Assembly: GCF_058153355.1 (NCBI RefSeq)
Contig: NZ_CM177019.1
Length of the DNA stretch: 64,000 nt
Direction: 5' to 3' (one strand)
Under the pieces are notes generated by a model that ran no database searches, was not told the DNA's origin, and worked only from the letters and a program-made list of their open reading frames with translations. Below are positions 20,641 to 32,741 of this stretch, in pieces (position 1 is the first letter of the stretch; every line of letters starts with the position of its first letter). The position numbers were made by a program, and so were the translations under genes.

Positions 20641-22284
20641 ATGTTGAAGCGCCTACTAAAAAGACCCTCTTTGAATTTACTCGCCTGGCTATTGTTGGCC
20701 GCTTTTTATATCTCTATCTGCCTGAATATTGCCTTTTTTAAACAGGTGTTGCAGGCGCTGCCGCTGGACTCGCTGCATAACGTACTGGTTTTCTTGTCGA
20801 TGCCGGTCGTCGCTTTCAGCGTGATTAATATTGTCCTGACACTAAGCTCTTTCTTATGGCTTAATCGACCGCTGGCCTGCCTGTTTATTCTGGTTGGCGC
20901 GGCTGCACAATATTTCATAATGACTTACGGCATCGTCATCGACCGCTCGATGATTGCCAATATTATTGATACCACCCCAGCAGAAAGTTATGCGCTGATG
21001 ACACCGCAAATGTTATTAACGCTGGGATTCAGCGGCGTGCTTGCTGCGCTGATTGCCTGCTGGATTAAAATCAAACCTGCCACCTCGCGCCTGCGCAGTG
21101 TTCTTTTCCGTGGAGCCAATATTCTGGTTTCTGTGCTCCTGATTCTGCTGGTCGCCGCACTGTTTTATAAAGACTACGCCTCGCTGTTTCGCAACAACAA
21201 AGAGCTGGTGAAGTCCTTAAGCCCCTCTAACAGCATTGTTGCCAGCTGGTCATGGTACTCCCATCAGCGACTGGCAAATCTGCCGCTGGTGCGAATTGGT
21301 GAAGACGCGCACCGCAACCCGTTAATGCAGAACGAGAAACGTAAAAATTTGACCATTTTGATTGTCGGCGAAACCTCGCGGGCGGAGAACTTCTCCCTCA
21401 ACGGCTACCCGCGTGAAACTAACCCGCGGCTGGCGAAAGATAACGTGGTCTATTTCCCTAATACCGCATCTTGCGGCACGGCAACGGCAGTTTCAGTACC
21501 GTGCATGTTCTCGGATATGCCGCGTGAGCATTACAAAGAAGAGTTGGCACAGCACCAGGAAGGCGTGCTGGATATCATTCAGCGAGCGGGCATCAACGTG
21601 CTGTGGAATGACAACGATGGTGGCTGCAAAGGTGCCTGCGATCGCGTGCCTCACCAGAACGTCACTGCGCTGAACCTGCCTGGTCAGTGTATCAACGGCG
21701 AATGTTATGACGAAGTGCTTTTCCACGGGCTGGAAGAGTACATCAATAACCTGCAAGGTGATGGCGTAATTGTCTTACACACCATCGGCAGTCACGGCCC
21801 GACCTATTACAATCGCTATCCGCCACAGTTCAGGAAATTTACCCCTACCTGCGACACCAACGAGATCCAGACCTGTACCCAAGAGCAACTGGTGAACACT
21901 TACGACAACACGCTGGTCTACGTCGACTATATTGTTGATAAAGCGATTAATCTACTGAAAGAACATCAGGATAAATTTACCACCAGCCTGGTTTATCTTT
22001 CTGACCACGGTGAATCGTTAGGTGAAAATGGCATCTATCTGCACGGTTTGCCTTATGCCATCGCCCCGGATAGCCAAAAACAGGTGCCGATGCTGCTGTG
22101 GCTGTCTGAGGATTATCAAAAACGGTATCAGGTTGACCAAAGTTGCCTACAGAAACAGGCGCAAACGCAACACTATTCACAAGACAATTTATTCTCCACG
22201 CTATTGGGATTAACTGGCGTTGAGACGAAGTATTACCAGGCTGCGGATGATATTCTGCAAACTTGCAGGAGAGTGAGTGAATGA
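20641..22284 (+). CDS. eptA: Lipid A phosphoethanolamine transferase EptA (PmrC), 547 aa
   Basis: Recognised sequence [29 protein letters not shown]...; start chosen downstream of the PmrA box, not at the longer ORF start; stop overlaps the basR start. Confidence 0.9.
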   Translation: MLKRLLKRPSLNLLAWLLLAAFYISICLNIAFFKQVLQALPLDSLHNVLVFLSMPVVAFSVINIVLTLSSFLWLNRPLACLFILVGAAAQYFIMTYGIVIDRSMIANIIDTTPAESYALMTPQMLLTLGFSGVLAALIACWIKIKPATSRLRSVLFRGANILVSVLLILLVAALFYKDYASLFRNNKELVKSLSPSNSIVASWSWYSHQRLANLPLVRIGEDAHRNPLMQNEKRKNLTILIVGETSRAENFSLNGYPRETNPRLAKDNVVYFPNTASCGTATAVSVPCMFSDMPREHYKEELAQHQEGVLDIIQRAGINVLWNDNDGGCKGACDRVPHQNVTALNLPGQCINGECYDEVLFHGLEEYINNLQGDGVIVLHTIGSHGPTYYNRYPPQFRKFTPTCDTNEIQTCTQEQLVNTYDNTLVYVDYIVDKAINLLKEHQDKFTTSLVYLSDHGESLGENGIYLHGLPYAIAPDSQKQVPMLLWLSEDYQKRYQVDQSCLQKQAQTQHYSQDNLFSTLLGLTGVETKYYQAADDILQTCRRVSE

Positions 22285-22949
22285 AAATTCTGATTGTTGA
22301 AGACGATACGCTGTTATTGCAGGGATTGATTCTGGCGGCGCAAACCGAAGGCTACGCGTGCGATGGCGTGACAACCGCGCGGATGGCGGAACAAAGCCTT
22401 GAGACCGGTCATTACAGCCTGGTGGTACTGGATTTAGGGTTACCCGACGAAGATGGGCTGCATTTTCTCGCCCGAATCCGGCAGAAAAAATACACCCTGC
22501 CGGTGTTAATTCTCACCGCCCGCGATACCCTTACCGACAAAATCGCCGGGCTGGATGTCGGTGCCGATGACTACCTGGTGAAGCCTTTTGCGCTGGAAGA
22601 GTTACATGCCCGTATCCGCGCCCTGCTACGACGCCATAATAATCAGGGTGAAAGTGAGCTGATTGTTGGCAATCTGACGCTGAATATGGGTCGCCGTCAG
22701 GTATGGATGGGCAGTGAAGAGTTGATTCTGACGCCCAAAGAATATGCTCTGCTATCACGGTTAATGCTCAAAGCAGGCAGTCCGGTGCATCGGGAAATTC
22801 TCTACAACGACATCTATAACTGGGACAATGAACCCTCGACCAACACCCTGGAAGTGCATATCCACAATCTGCGCGACAAAGTGGGCAAAGCCCGTATCCG
22901 CACCGTGCGCGGCTTTGGCTATATGCTGGTCGCGAATGAGGAAAACTAA
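22281..22949 (+). CDS. basR: Response regulator BasR (PmrA), 222 aa
   Basis: OmpR-family receiver plus winged-helix domains; recognised sequence. Confidence 0.93.
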   Translation: MKILIVEDDTLLLQGLILAAQTEGYACDGVTTARMAEQSLETGHYSLVVLDLGLPDEDGLHFLARIRQKKYTLPVLILTARDTLTDKIAGLDVGADDYLVKPFALEELHARIRALLRRHNNQGESELIVGNLTLNMGRRQVWMGSEELILTPKEYALLSRLMLKAGSPVHREILYNDIYNWDNEPSTNTLEVHIHNLRDKVGKARIRTVRGFGYMLVANEEN

Positions 22950-22958
22950 TTGAATCTG

Positions 22959-24050
22959 ATGCGTTTTCTGCGCCGACCAATATCGCTGCGCCAACGGCTG
23001 ATATTGACCATCGGGGCCATTTTGTTGGTGTTTGAGCTGATCAGCGTCTTCTGGCTATGGCATGAAAGTACCGAGCAGATTCAGCTGTTTGAGCAGGCGC
23101 TACGCGACAATCGTAACAACGATCGCCACATCATGCGTGAGATCCGCGAGGCGGTCGCCAGCCTGATTGTCCCTGGCGTCTTTATGGTCAGCCTGACGCT
23201 ATTTATCTGCTATCAGGCGGTACGCCGCATCACCCGCCCGCTGGCGGAGCTGCAAAAAGAGCTGGAAGCGCGCACCGCCGACAACTTAACGCCCATTGCC
23301 ATTCACAGCGCCACCCTCGAAATCGAAGCGGTGGTTTCAGCGTTAAACGATCTGGTCAGTCGCCTGACCAACACGCTGGATAACGAAAGGTTGTTTACCG
23401 CTGACGTCGCGCACGAACTGCGAACGCCACTGGCGGGGGTGCGTTTGCATCTGGAACTGCTGGCGAAAACGCATCACATTGATGTAGCACCGTTAGTGGC
23501 ACGACTTGATCAGATGATGGAGAGTGTCTCCCAGCTACTGCAACTGGCGCGTGCCGGACAGTCATTTTCTTCCGGTAATTATCAACATGTAAAACTGCTG
23601 GAAGATGTCATTCTCCCCTCGTATGACGAACTCAGTACCATGCTCGACCAGCGCCAGCAAACCCTGCTATTGCCAGAGAGCGCCGCCGACATCACCGTTC
23701 AGGGTGATGCAACCCTGCTGCGGATGTTATTGCGAAACCTGGTAGAAAACGCCCATCGTTACAGCCCGCAAGGCAGCAACATTATGATTAAGCTGCAAGA
23801 CGATGGCGGAGCGGTCATGGCCGTTGAAGATGAAGGGCCGGGTATTGATGAGAGTAAATGTGGAGAGTTGAGTAAAGCGTTTGTACGAATGGACAGCCGT
23901 TATGGCGGGATTGGTCTGGGGTTAAGTATTGTCAGCCGCATTACACAGTTGCATCACGGGCAGTTTTTCCTGCAAAACCGGCAAGAGACTTCTGGCACAC
24001 GGGCCTGGATACGGCTGAAAAAAGATCAGTACGTGGCAAACCAGATATAA
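22959..24050 (+). CDS. basS: Sensor histidine kinase BasS (PmrB), 363 aa
   Basis: Recognised sequence M(R)FLRRPISLRQRLILTIGAILLVFELISVFW...; ATG at 22959 chosen over the in-frame TTG at 22950. Confidence 0.9.
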   Translation: MRFLRRPISLRQRLILTIGAILLVFELISVFWLWHESTEQIQLFEQALRDNRNNDRHIMREIREAVASLIVPGVFMVSLTLFICYQAVRRITRPLAELQKELEARTADNLTPIAIHSATLEIEAVVSALNDLVSRLTNTLDNERLFTADVAHELRTPLAGVRLHLELLAKTHHIDVAPLVARLDQMMESVSQLLQLARAGQSFSSGNYQHVKLLEDVILPSYDELSTMLDQRQQTLLLPESAADITVQGDATLLRMLLRNLVENAHRYSPQGSNIMIKLQDDGGAVMAVEDEGPGIDESKCGELSKAFVRMDSRYGGIGLGLSIVSRITQLHHGQFFLQNRQETSGTRAWIRLKKDQYVANQI

Positions 24051-24115
24051 AGAAAGCTGCTGACCACCAGCACGCTGAACACGGTAGTTAAACTTTCATA
24101 AACACGGTTTTTCAT
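24026..24115 (-). CDS. pmrR: Small membrane protein PmrR (29 aa, MKNRVYESLTTVFSVLVVSSFLYIWFATY), antisense to the last codons of basS
   Basis: Short minus-strand ORF translated by hand (below the ORF-track length cutoff); GGAGGAGAG Shine-Dalgarno upstream; PmrA box further upstream. Confidence 0.7.
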   Translation of the reverse strand: MKNRVYESLTTVFSVLVVSSFLYIWFATY

Positions 24116-24159
24116 TGCACTCTCCTCCGTTAACCTGGAGGAGAGTATGCGCGTCAGAG

Positions 24160-24176
24160 ATTAAGTGAACCTTAAG
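24160..24176 (-). promoter_or_regulatory. PmrA box-like repeat (minus strand CTTAAG-GTTCA-CTTAAT) upstream of pmrR
   Basis: Hexamer direct repeat with 5-bp spacer seen on the minus strand about 45 nt upstream of the pmrR start. Confidence 0.5.
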
Positions 24177-24226
24177 AGTTCAATTGGCCTAATAAGACAG
24201 CGTCACATCAGGCCATCCGTTTCAGC

Positions 24227-25729
24227 TTATTCATCAATTCGCGGATGCTGCTGCACCAGGCGGGTACGTTTCGCCTGCAAATCGGCAATCTCGTGGTCAA
24301 TATCATCGATTTTCTGCTCGATATTATCGTAATGCTCGACGAGAATTTCCTTCGCTTCCTGTATATCTGACGCCGCCGGTGTCGCACCTTTCAACGGACG
24401 ATTCGCCGTCTCTTTCATGGTTACGCCGGTGATTAAACCAACCACCGCCACTACCATCAGGTAATAGGCAGGCATCATCAGATTCTGCGAGCTTTCGACC
24501 AGCCAGGCCGCCAACGTTGGCGTCAGACCGGCAACCAGCACCGAAATATTAAATGCCGCCGCCAGCGCGCTGTATCGGATATGCGTCGGGAACATCGCTG
24601 GCAAGGTAGAAGCCATAACGCCCGTAAAGCAGTTAAGGATCACCGCCAGCATCAGTAACCCGGCAAAAATCAGGCCGATGACGTTACTGTTAATCAGAAT
24701 AAACGCCGGGATCGCCAACACAAACAGTGCAACACTACCAAGTAGCACAAACGGACGACGGCCAAAACGGTCACTCAGCAAGCCCATCACCGGCTGGACA
24801 AACAGCATACCGATCATAATGGCGATAATAATCAGCACCCCGTGGTCTTCGGAGTAATGCAGGTTATGCGACAAATAACTCGGCATATAGGTCAGCAACA
24901 TGTAGTAAGTCACGTTGGTGGCAATTACCAGACCAATACATGTCAACAGGCTGCGCCAGTATTTAGTGGCAATCTCTTTAAACGAGACTTTCGGGCCATC
25001 CTGCAAACCTTCGCGGTCGCCCTGTTCCAGTTTATCAACATGCTGCTGGAACGCCGGAGTTTCTTCCAGCGCATGGCGCAGGTAAAGCCCGATAATCCCT
25101 AACGGCAGAGCAATAAAGAACGGAATACGCCAGCCCCAGTCGAGGAAGTTCGCTTCGCCGACAATGGTCGAAATTAACACCACCACGCCCGCACCCAGCA
25201 CAAACCCGGCAATAGAACCGAAGTCCAGCCAGCTGCCCATAAAGCCACGTTTACGGTCAGGGGAGTATTCCGCAACAAATATCGACGCCCCGGTATATTC
25301 ACCGCCGACCGAGAAACCTTGTGCCATCTTACAGATCAACAGCAGAATCGGTGCCCAAATACCAATCGTGTCGTAGGACGGTATTAAGCCAATACAGAAC
25401 GTACTGATCGACATAATCACAATAGTGATAGCGAGGATCTTCTGGCGACCATATTTATCGCCCAACATACCAAAGAAGAGTCCGCCAAGCGGTCGAATCA
25501 GAAAGGGAACGGAGAAAGTGGCAAGTGCAGCAACCATCTGCACGCTGGGGTCAGCCCCCGGGAAAAAAACTTTACCTAATGCGTAAGCAACAAAACCATA
25601 AACACCAAAATCGAACCATTCCATTGCATTACCCAGTGATGCTGCGGTAATGGCTTTACGCAGTTTACCGTCATCAATAATAGTGACATCACGAAGGGTA
25701 ATCGGTTTTACTTTTTTCCTTTTCAGCAT
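24227..25729 (-). CDS. proP: Proline/glycine betaine:H+ symporter ProP (500 aa)
   Basis: Recognised MFS transporter with C-terminal coiled-coil (…DIDHEIADLQAKRTRLVQQHPRIDE); start at MLKRKKVKPITLRD. Confidence 0.92.
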   Translation of the reverse strand: MLKRKKVKPITLRDVTIIDDGKLRKAITAASLGNAMEWFDFGVYGFVAYALGKVFFPGADPSVQMVAALATFSVPFLIRPLGGLFFGMLGDKYGRQKILAITIVIMSISTFCIGLIPSYDTIGIWAPILLLICKMAQGFSVGGEYTGASIFVAEYSPDRKRGFMGSWLDFGSIAGFVLGAGVVVLISTIVGEANFLDWGWRIPFFIALPLGIIGLYLRHALEETPAFQQHVDKLEQGDREGLQDGPKVSFKEIATKYWRSLLTCIGLVIATNVTYYMLLTYMPSYLSHNLHYSEDHGVLIIIAIMIGMLFVQPVMGLLSDRFGRRPFVLLGSVALFVLAIPAFILINSNVIGLIFAGLLMLAVILNCFTGVMASTLPAMFPTHIRYSALAAAFNISVLVAGLTPTLAAWLVESSQNLMMPAYYLMVVAVVGLITGVTMKETANRPLKGATPAASDIQEAKEILVEHYDNIEQKIDDIDHEIADLQAKRTRLVQQHPRIDE

Positions 25730-25992
25730 AGCTTTCCTCGCAGAGTTGGCCCATTTCCGCAAACGCCAGAAAAATCAGCGCGACGGCCGCAAAAGGGGAG
25801 CGGGAATTGCAGGATGCAATCTCTGTAACAAGCGTAGCGGGTTTGCTTACACCCTCCGGTTAAGGAATGTACAATCAAACCAGTTGACGCCTGAATTGGG
25901 CAGTTAATGAGCTTTTTACCCTACCAGTGTTTAAATTTGTGATCAACTTCACACATGATTTTCGTTTAGGAGTCATTGATGTAACTGATTAT

Positions 25993-26871
25993 TTACACCA
26001 AATTTACAGAGAAGATTTCCTCGACCATTGCCCCCGCCAGACGCTGCGCTGAACAGAGTCGTGGCATCCCCAGTGCGACAGTTTGCCAGCGTTGGGTCAC
26101 TGACCAGCAAACGGGTTGTTTATCTGCCGTGGTCCACTTTCCCAGCCAACTTAAAAAATCAGCATGATCCCCACCCGTCGGGGCGGTTGAATAGGTAAAC
26201 CACTGATGGTAATAGTGACGAGTGGTCGTTGCCGCATTAATACTCTCTGCCAGATGTTGTGTCGCTTTCACGCGCAAATCATCAAGCAACAACGCCACCG
26301 CTTGCGGGCTTCCCAGACGGCAGGCATCGCCAAATGCCCCCCAGCGCAACTCCTCCAGAACGATAAAACAGCGCCCAGGCAACGACCAGGCGTTATACGC
26401 CCCAGCACGCCAGCGGGTAAAAATTTGCTCACTCTGATCACCGGCCTGTACCAGTAATCCTCGTTGCGTTAACGCCTTTTCCTTCCAGCGACAACGGGCT
26501 GAAAACAACTCATACAAGGCGGCAATTTGCTGGGGGAGCTCCGGGAAAGCAGAGTGCTGGCGGTGATCCATTTTTTGCAACAGCGCCAAATGTTGCGCGA
26601 TCTGCGTCAGCGCCAGATGACCGGGATCCAGCATCGACGCCAGTTTTTCCACCAATGTCAGACGCAGGCTAAGCGGCGCATTTAACATGCCGCCGTTCGT
26701 CCATGCCTGAAGCTGCACGCGCGCAAGAAGTTCCTGCATCAGTCGTTCACGAAACTGCTGCTGATGGGCTTGTGGATGGCGGGCATCATCGCCCTGCGCC
26801 AGATCCACTAAAAAGCGGGAATGAATCGACTCCAGCACGCGACCGGGGCCGTCCAGTAACGTCTTGGTCAA
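25993..26871 (-). CDS. yjcZ: YjcZ (292 aa), partner protein of CrfC
   Basis: Conserved E. coli ORF downstream of and overlapping crfC (ATGA coupling). Confidence 0.85.
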   Translation of the reverse strand: MTKTLLDGPGRVLESIHSRFLVDLAQGDDARHPQAHQQQFRERLMQELLARVQLQAWTNGGMLNAPLSLRLTLVEKLASMLDPGHLALTQIAQHLALLQKMDHRQHSAFPELPQQIAALYELFSARCRWKEKALTQRGLLVQAGDQSEQIFTRWRAGAYNAWSLPGRCFIVLEELRWGAFGDACRLGSPQAVALLLDDLRVKATQHLAESINAATTTRHYYHQWFTYSTAPTGGDHADFLSWLGKWTTADKQPVCWSVTQRWQTVALGMPRLCSAQRLAGAMVEEIFSVNLV

Positions 26872-29096
26872 TATCGTTCTGCCGTGAAAAGTGTTTGAAT
26901 ATCATCGCGTAACAGCTGAGCGTCGATGTAAATCCAGCCATGAGTCATCACAGTCTGCTGCAATTGCTGCTGCATCAGCCTGACCACCGATTCATTTTGT
27001 TGACGCAGAGCCAGACTTTCGCGTAAACGCGTCTGTAATTCCGTCAAACATGAAGCGAACTCAGCGAAAAAAGTATTCATGCCTGCCGTAACAGATTCAT
27101 CGACCTGCTCTGCCAGAACTTTAGCCATTTGTTGGCAATAAAGATCGACTTCTGCGCTTAATGCTCGTTGCAACGCACTGTAATCAACCGTCTCTATCGG
27201 GGATTTCTCATTTCCCCGTCCCCAGTCGGGCTGATTCAACCAGCGCGAAAAAGTCTCACGCACAACGCCTAAACGCGTGCTCTGCTCGTCCATTGCGTCC
27301 TGGCGCGAAATGACTTCACTGAACAGCTGGCGAGTGTTGAAGTGGGGAACTGCGCCGTGAAAAACAGGAAAATGAAACCCAGGACGAAACCCTGACTCGC
27401 TCAATTCCATTTTGACTTGTTGCTCAATGGGCCGAATAACATCGGTTAACACCCGGCAAAGAGTGGATTCAAGCTCGGCAAAACGCAGCGTAAAGTCGCG
27501 ACTGATGGTGTTCTGCGCCGTCTGTAACAGTGTCTCACAGCAGGTACGAATCTCGCTTAATGACCCCGAATCATCCTGAAACAACGCGGCTAACTGGGCA
27601 TTCACCGCATCTTGCTGTTGACGCAGAAAGAGGTTGGCGGAGGTCAGGGCCAGCTCGATTTCATGTTTAATCTCGCCGCTCACCTGAGCCTGATTGAGTT
27701 GAAATAGCTGCAAACTTTCTTCGATCTGGTGGATATTTTGCCGCAATTGTTCACAAGCGACGTTTAACCCGTGCGCACGAAAATCCAGGTATTCCCGCGC
27801 CTGCTGCGCGTAATTCAACAGTTTATGCGCGGCAGATCGCAGAGCATACAACGAGGCGTTAGCGTAAGCGGCATGAAGCAACGCCTGAATTGGCTGGGCG
27901 AACAGCGAATCTTCCCACAACTGATCGGCAGCATGACGAATATGTTCGAGGTCCGCCAGGTCGGCATGACGCCAGCGCCTGCCGAGCGCGGCATGGGCAA
28001 AATCCTCCACCCAGCGTTGTTGCTCTGGCGCGGGTAACTTACCGTTGTTGGCTAACTCATTACGCGCCCGATTCGCCAGGTAGCCCCACATCGACGACAC
28101 TGGAAATATCTGCTGTGGCGTAATACAGCCTTTCATCAGCGTCCCGGAAATCAGTGCCCGCACCTGGTCGGCGTCGTCACTGTTACGATCCTGTTGATCG
28201 AACTTATTGACCAGCACATACAGCGGCACCGATTGCCCCACCGCCAAAATCGCCTCACGGACCTCTTCATCGGAGATCGATTTCAGTTGCGTATAATCCA
28301 GCACCGCCAGTACCGCCGAGGCGCGAGCCAGCTGCTGGTTAAGCATTTTTTGCAGATGCGGTTGCCCGGCTTCATTTGGCCCAGGGGTATCCAGTAACGT
28401 CAACTGACCGGGATAACTCTCCAGCCCCGCCAGATGGACAAACTCCACTTCAATCACGGGAATATGCTCAATGGCGGCGTAAGCAGAAAAAGGAAAATCG
28501 ACGTCCAGCGCCTTCGCCAGTCGCACCAAATCATTCAAACTTTTCAGACAATGAAAAATAGGCTGGGCACCCAGATAATATTTTTCGAAAGCGACGCCAT
28601 TTTCGATCCGCAGCATAAGCGCACGCATATCTTTATCTATTTCCAGCACATCGGTCAGATGCTTAATATCGCAGTCACGCAGGCGCTGTTGTAATTGTTG
28701 AATTAAACAGTCGATTGGCGCGACATGTGAAAAATGCAGTACCGGTTCTTTTTGCCCGGGCGTATGGCGAATAAGCGTCGGCAGCGCAGTCATTGGGCGA
28801 TTGCGATTAGGCAGAACCTCCGTACCAACAATGGCATTAATGGTGGTTGATTTCCCTGCTTTCATAGTACCGACAATCGCCAGCACCATTTCCAGTCGGG
28901 AAATTTTACGCAACTCATTATTCAGCATCGCGTGACGTTCGGCGATATTAGGCTGACTCCAGGGTAAAGCCAGTTGTGGCGCATCGTCTCCGGGTACAGA
29001 GAGAGGCATTTTTTCCAGTAACTGCAACTGTTGGCGAGAAAGCTGTAACAGGCGTTCAGCCTCCTGACTTAACTCATACAGGGTCTGTGTGTACAT
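26868..29096 (-). CDS. crfC: Dynamin-like GTPase CrfC (YjdA), 742 aa
   Basis: N-terminal P-loop GTPase motif (GTMKAGKST), long coiled-coil C-terminal region; recognised sequence. Confidence 0.9.
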   Translation of the reverse strand: MYTQTLYELSQEAERLLQLSRQQLQLLEKMPLSVPGDDAPQLALPWSQPNIAERHAMLNNELRKISRLEMVLAIVGTMKAGKSTTINAIVGTEVLPNRNRPMTALPTLIRHTPGQKEPVLHFSHVAPIDCLIQQLQQRLRDCDIKHLTDVLEIDKDMRALMLRIENGVAFEKYYLGAQPIFHCLKSLNDLVRLAKALDVDFPFSAYAAIEHIPVIEVEFVHLAGLESYPGQLTLLDTPGPNEAGQPHLQKMLNQQLARASAVLAVLDYTQLKSISDEEVREAILAVGQSVPLYVLVNKFDQQDRNSDDADQVRALISGTLMKGCITPQQIFPVSSMWGYLANRARNELANNGKLPAPEQQRWVEDFAHAALGRRWRHADLADLEHIRHAADQLWEDSLFAQPIQALLHAAYANASLYALRSAAHKLLNYAQQAREYLDFRAHGLNVACEQLRQNIHQIEESLQLFQLNQAQVSGEIKHEIELALTSANLFLRQQQDAVNAQLAALFQDDSGSLSEIRTCCETLLQTAQNTISRDFTLRFAELESTLCRVLTDVIRPIEQQVKMELSESGFRPGFHFPVFHGAVPHFNTRQLFSEVISRQDAMDEQSTRLGVVRETFSRWLNQPDWGRGNEKSPIETVDYSALQRALSAEVDLYCQQMAKVLAEQVDESVTAGMNTFFAEFASCLTELQTRLRESLALRQQNESVVRLMQQQLQQTVMTHGWIYIDAQLLRDDIQTLFTAERY

Positions 29097-29497
29097 AGAA
29101 AATTTTTCCTTAAAGCAAATTTTATTACTTTTATTTAGCCAGATTGTTTTTGAGTTCTGTTTTCGGCTTTTATAATTACTGCAAGAAATAATTTTATATT
29201 TAGAGTGTTGTTTTTTATTAGAATAAATAACGTCTTCCGATACGTTTAAAATGTCAGAAAGATAAAAATATCATTTGAATTAAAAAAAGAACAAGTAGAG
29301 CATTAACCTTATCTTAAATAATAAATGGAGGCAAAAAGATTATTTTCTTTTTGCGTTTCCTTTCAAATGAAAACGATCGTCGTCTAAAATCAGCAGTACC
29401 CCCGACAAACTCAGGGATTTTGTGTATAATTGCGGCCTTTTTCGGCAATCTGCCGTTTTTTGGCGCTTTTGCCCTGCTGACTTTTGAGGAAATCCAC

Positions 29498-29833
29498 ATG
29501 TCATTACCACACTGCCCAAAATGCAACTCCGAATACACCTACGAAGATAACGGCATGTACATCTGCCCGGAATGTGCCTACGAATGGAACGACGCAGAAC
29601 CTGCACAGGAAAGCGATGAACTGATCGTTAAAGATGCAAACGGCAATCTTCTGGCTGATGGCGACAGCGTTACCATCATTAAAGATCTGAAGGTGAAAGG
29701 TAGCTCTTCGATGCTGAAGATCGGTACCAAAGTGAAAAACATTCGCCTGGTTGAAGGCGACCACAACATCGATTGCAAAATCGACGGTTTTGGTCCGATG
29801 AAACTGAAATCTGAGTTTGTGAAAAAGAACTGA
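29498..29833 (+). CDS. yjdM: Zn-ribbon protein YjdM (PhnA), 111 aa
   Basis: Translation [30 protein letters not shown]...; CxxC...CxxC motifs. Confidence 0.9.
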
Positions 29834-29867
29834 TTGTATTGCTCAATGTAATATTGGCACATGATCG

Positions 29868-31170
<1,303 letters not shown>

Positions 31171-31200
31171 CATGCCTGCAATCTGGGAAACCGGGGTAGA

Positions 31201-31289
<89 letters not shown>

Positions 31290-31352
31290 CCCGCTCATCT
31301 GTATAATTTTCGAACTACACTTAACTGGCTTCTCTTAACTGAGGTCACCATC

Positions 31353-31796
31353 ATGCCGTTAAGTCCCTACCTCTCTTTTGCCGGTAACTGTTCCGACGCG
31401 ATTGCCTATTATCAACGTACGTTGGGCGCGGAACTGCTCTATAAAATCAGCTTCGGCGAAATGCCGAAATCAGCGCAGGACAGCGCCGAGAACTGCCCTT
31501 CCGGTATGCAATTTCCCGATACCGCTATCGCCCATGCTAACGTGCGTATTGCCGGAAGCGATATCATGATGAGCGATGCCATACCGTCAGGAAAAGCCAG
31601 CTACTCCGGTTTTACACTGGTACTCGATTCGCAACAGGTCGAAGAAGGAAAACGCTGGTTTGACAACCTTGCCGCTAACGGAAAAATCGAAATGGCCTGG
31701 CAGGAAACTTTCTGGGCGCATGGCTTCGGCAAAGTCACCGATAAATTTGGCGTACCGTGGATGATTAATGTCGTCAAACAACAACCAACGCACTAA
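31353..31796 (+). CDS. yjdN: PhnB-like/glyoxalase-fold protein YjdN (147 aa)
   Basis: Translation MPLSPYLSFAGNCSDAIAYYQRTLGAELL... Confidence 0.88.
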   Translation: MPLSPYLSFAGNCSDAIAYYQRTLGAELLYKISFGEMPKSAQDSAENCPSGMQFPDTAIAHANVRIAGSDIMMSDAIPSGKASYSGFTLVLDSQQVEEGKRWFDNLAANGKIEMAWQETFWAHGFGKVTDKFGVPWMINVVKQQPTH

Positions 31797-31928
31797 CCCG
31801 CCGGGAGGCCCGCCCTCCCGCACTGTCATCGAATTCCCGTTAACTCTTCATCTGTTAGTCACTTTTAGTTAACAAAATCGTCACGATAATCCGCCACGAT
31901 GGAGCCACTTTTTTAGGGAGGCTGCATC

Positions 31929-32717
31929 ATGCAAACGATTATCCGTGTCGAGAAGCTCGCCAAAACCTTCAATCAGCATCAGGCGCTGCACGCGGTTGAT
32001 TTGAACATTCATCACGGTGAAATGGTGGCTCTGCTTGGGCCGTCGGGTTCCGGCAAATCCACCCTTTTACGTCATTTAAGCGGTTTGATTACCGGCGATA
32101 AATCTGCCGGTAGCCATATCGAGCTGCTGGGCCGCACAGTCCAGCGCGAAGGCCGCCTGGCCCGCGATATCCGCAAAAGCCGCGCCAACACCGGCTACAT
32201 CTTCCAACAATTCAACCTGGTGAATCGCCTGAGCGTACTGGAGAACGTGCTGATTGGCGCGCTCGGCAGCACGCCATTCTGGCGCACCTGTTTTAGCTGG
32301 TTCACCCGCGAGCAGAAACAGCGCGCGTTACAGGCGCTGACCCGCGTTGGCATGGTGCACTTTGCCCATCAGCGCGTTTCCACCCTCTCCGGCGGGCAAC
32401 AGCAGCGTGTGGCGATTGCCCGCGCGCTGATGCAGCAGGCGAAGGTGATTCTGGCCGATGAACCCATCGCCTCGCTGGACCCGGAATCGGCGCGCATCGT
32501 GATGGACACCCTGCGCGACATTAACCAGAACGACGGCATTACCGTGGTCGTCACGCTGCATCAGGTGGATTACGCCCTGCGCTATTGCGAACGCATCGTC
32601 GCCCTGCGTCAGGGGCACGTCTTTTACGACGGCAGCAGCCAACAGTTTGATAACGAACGTTTTGACCATCTCTACCGCAGCATTAATCGCATCGAAGAGA
32701 ACGCGAAAGCTGCCTGA
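31929..32717 (+). CDS. phnC: Phosphonate ABC transporter ATP-binding protein PhnC
   Basis: Walker [13 protein letters not shown] signature LSGGQQQR; first gene of the phn operon. Confidence 0.93.
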   Translation: MQTIIRVEKLAKTFNQHQALHAVDLNIHHGEMVALLGPSGSGKSTLLRHLSGLITGDKSAGSHIELLGRTVQREGRLARDIRKSRANTGYIFQQFNLVNRLSVLENVLIGALGSTPFWRTCFSWFTREQKQRALQALTRVGMVHFAHQRVSTLSGGQQQRVAIARALMQQAKVILADEPIASLDPESARIVMDTLRDINQNDGITVVVTLHQVDYALRYCERIVALRQGHVFYDGSSQQFDNERFDHLYRSINRIEENAKAA

Positions 32718-32741
32718 CATCCCCATCATTGAGGAAAACGA

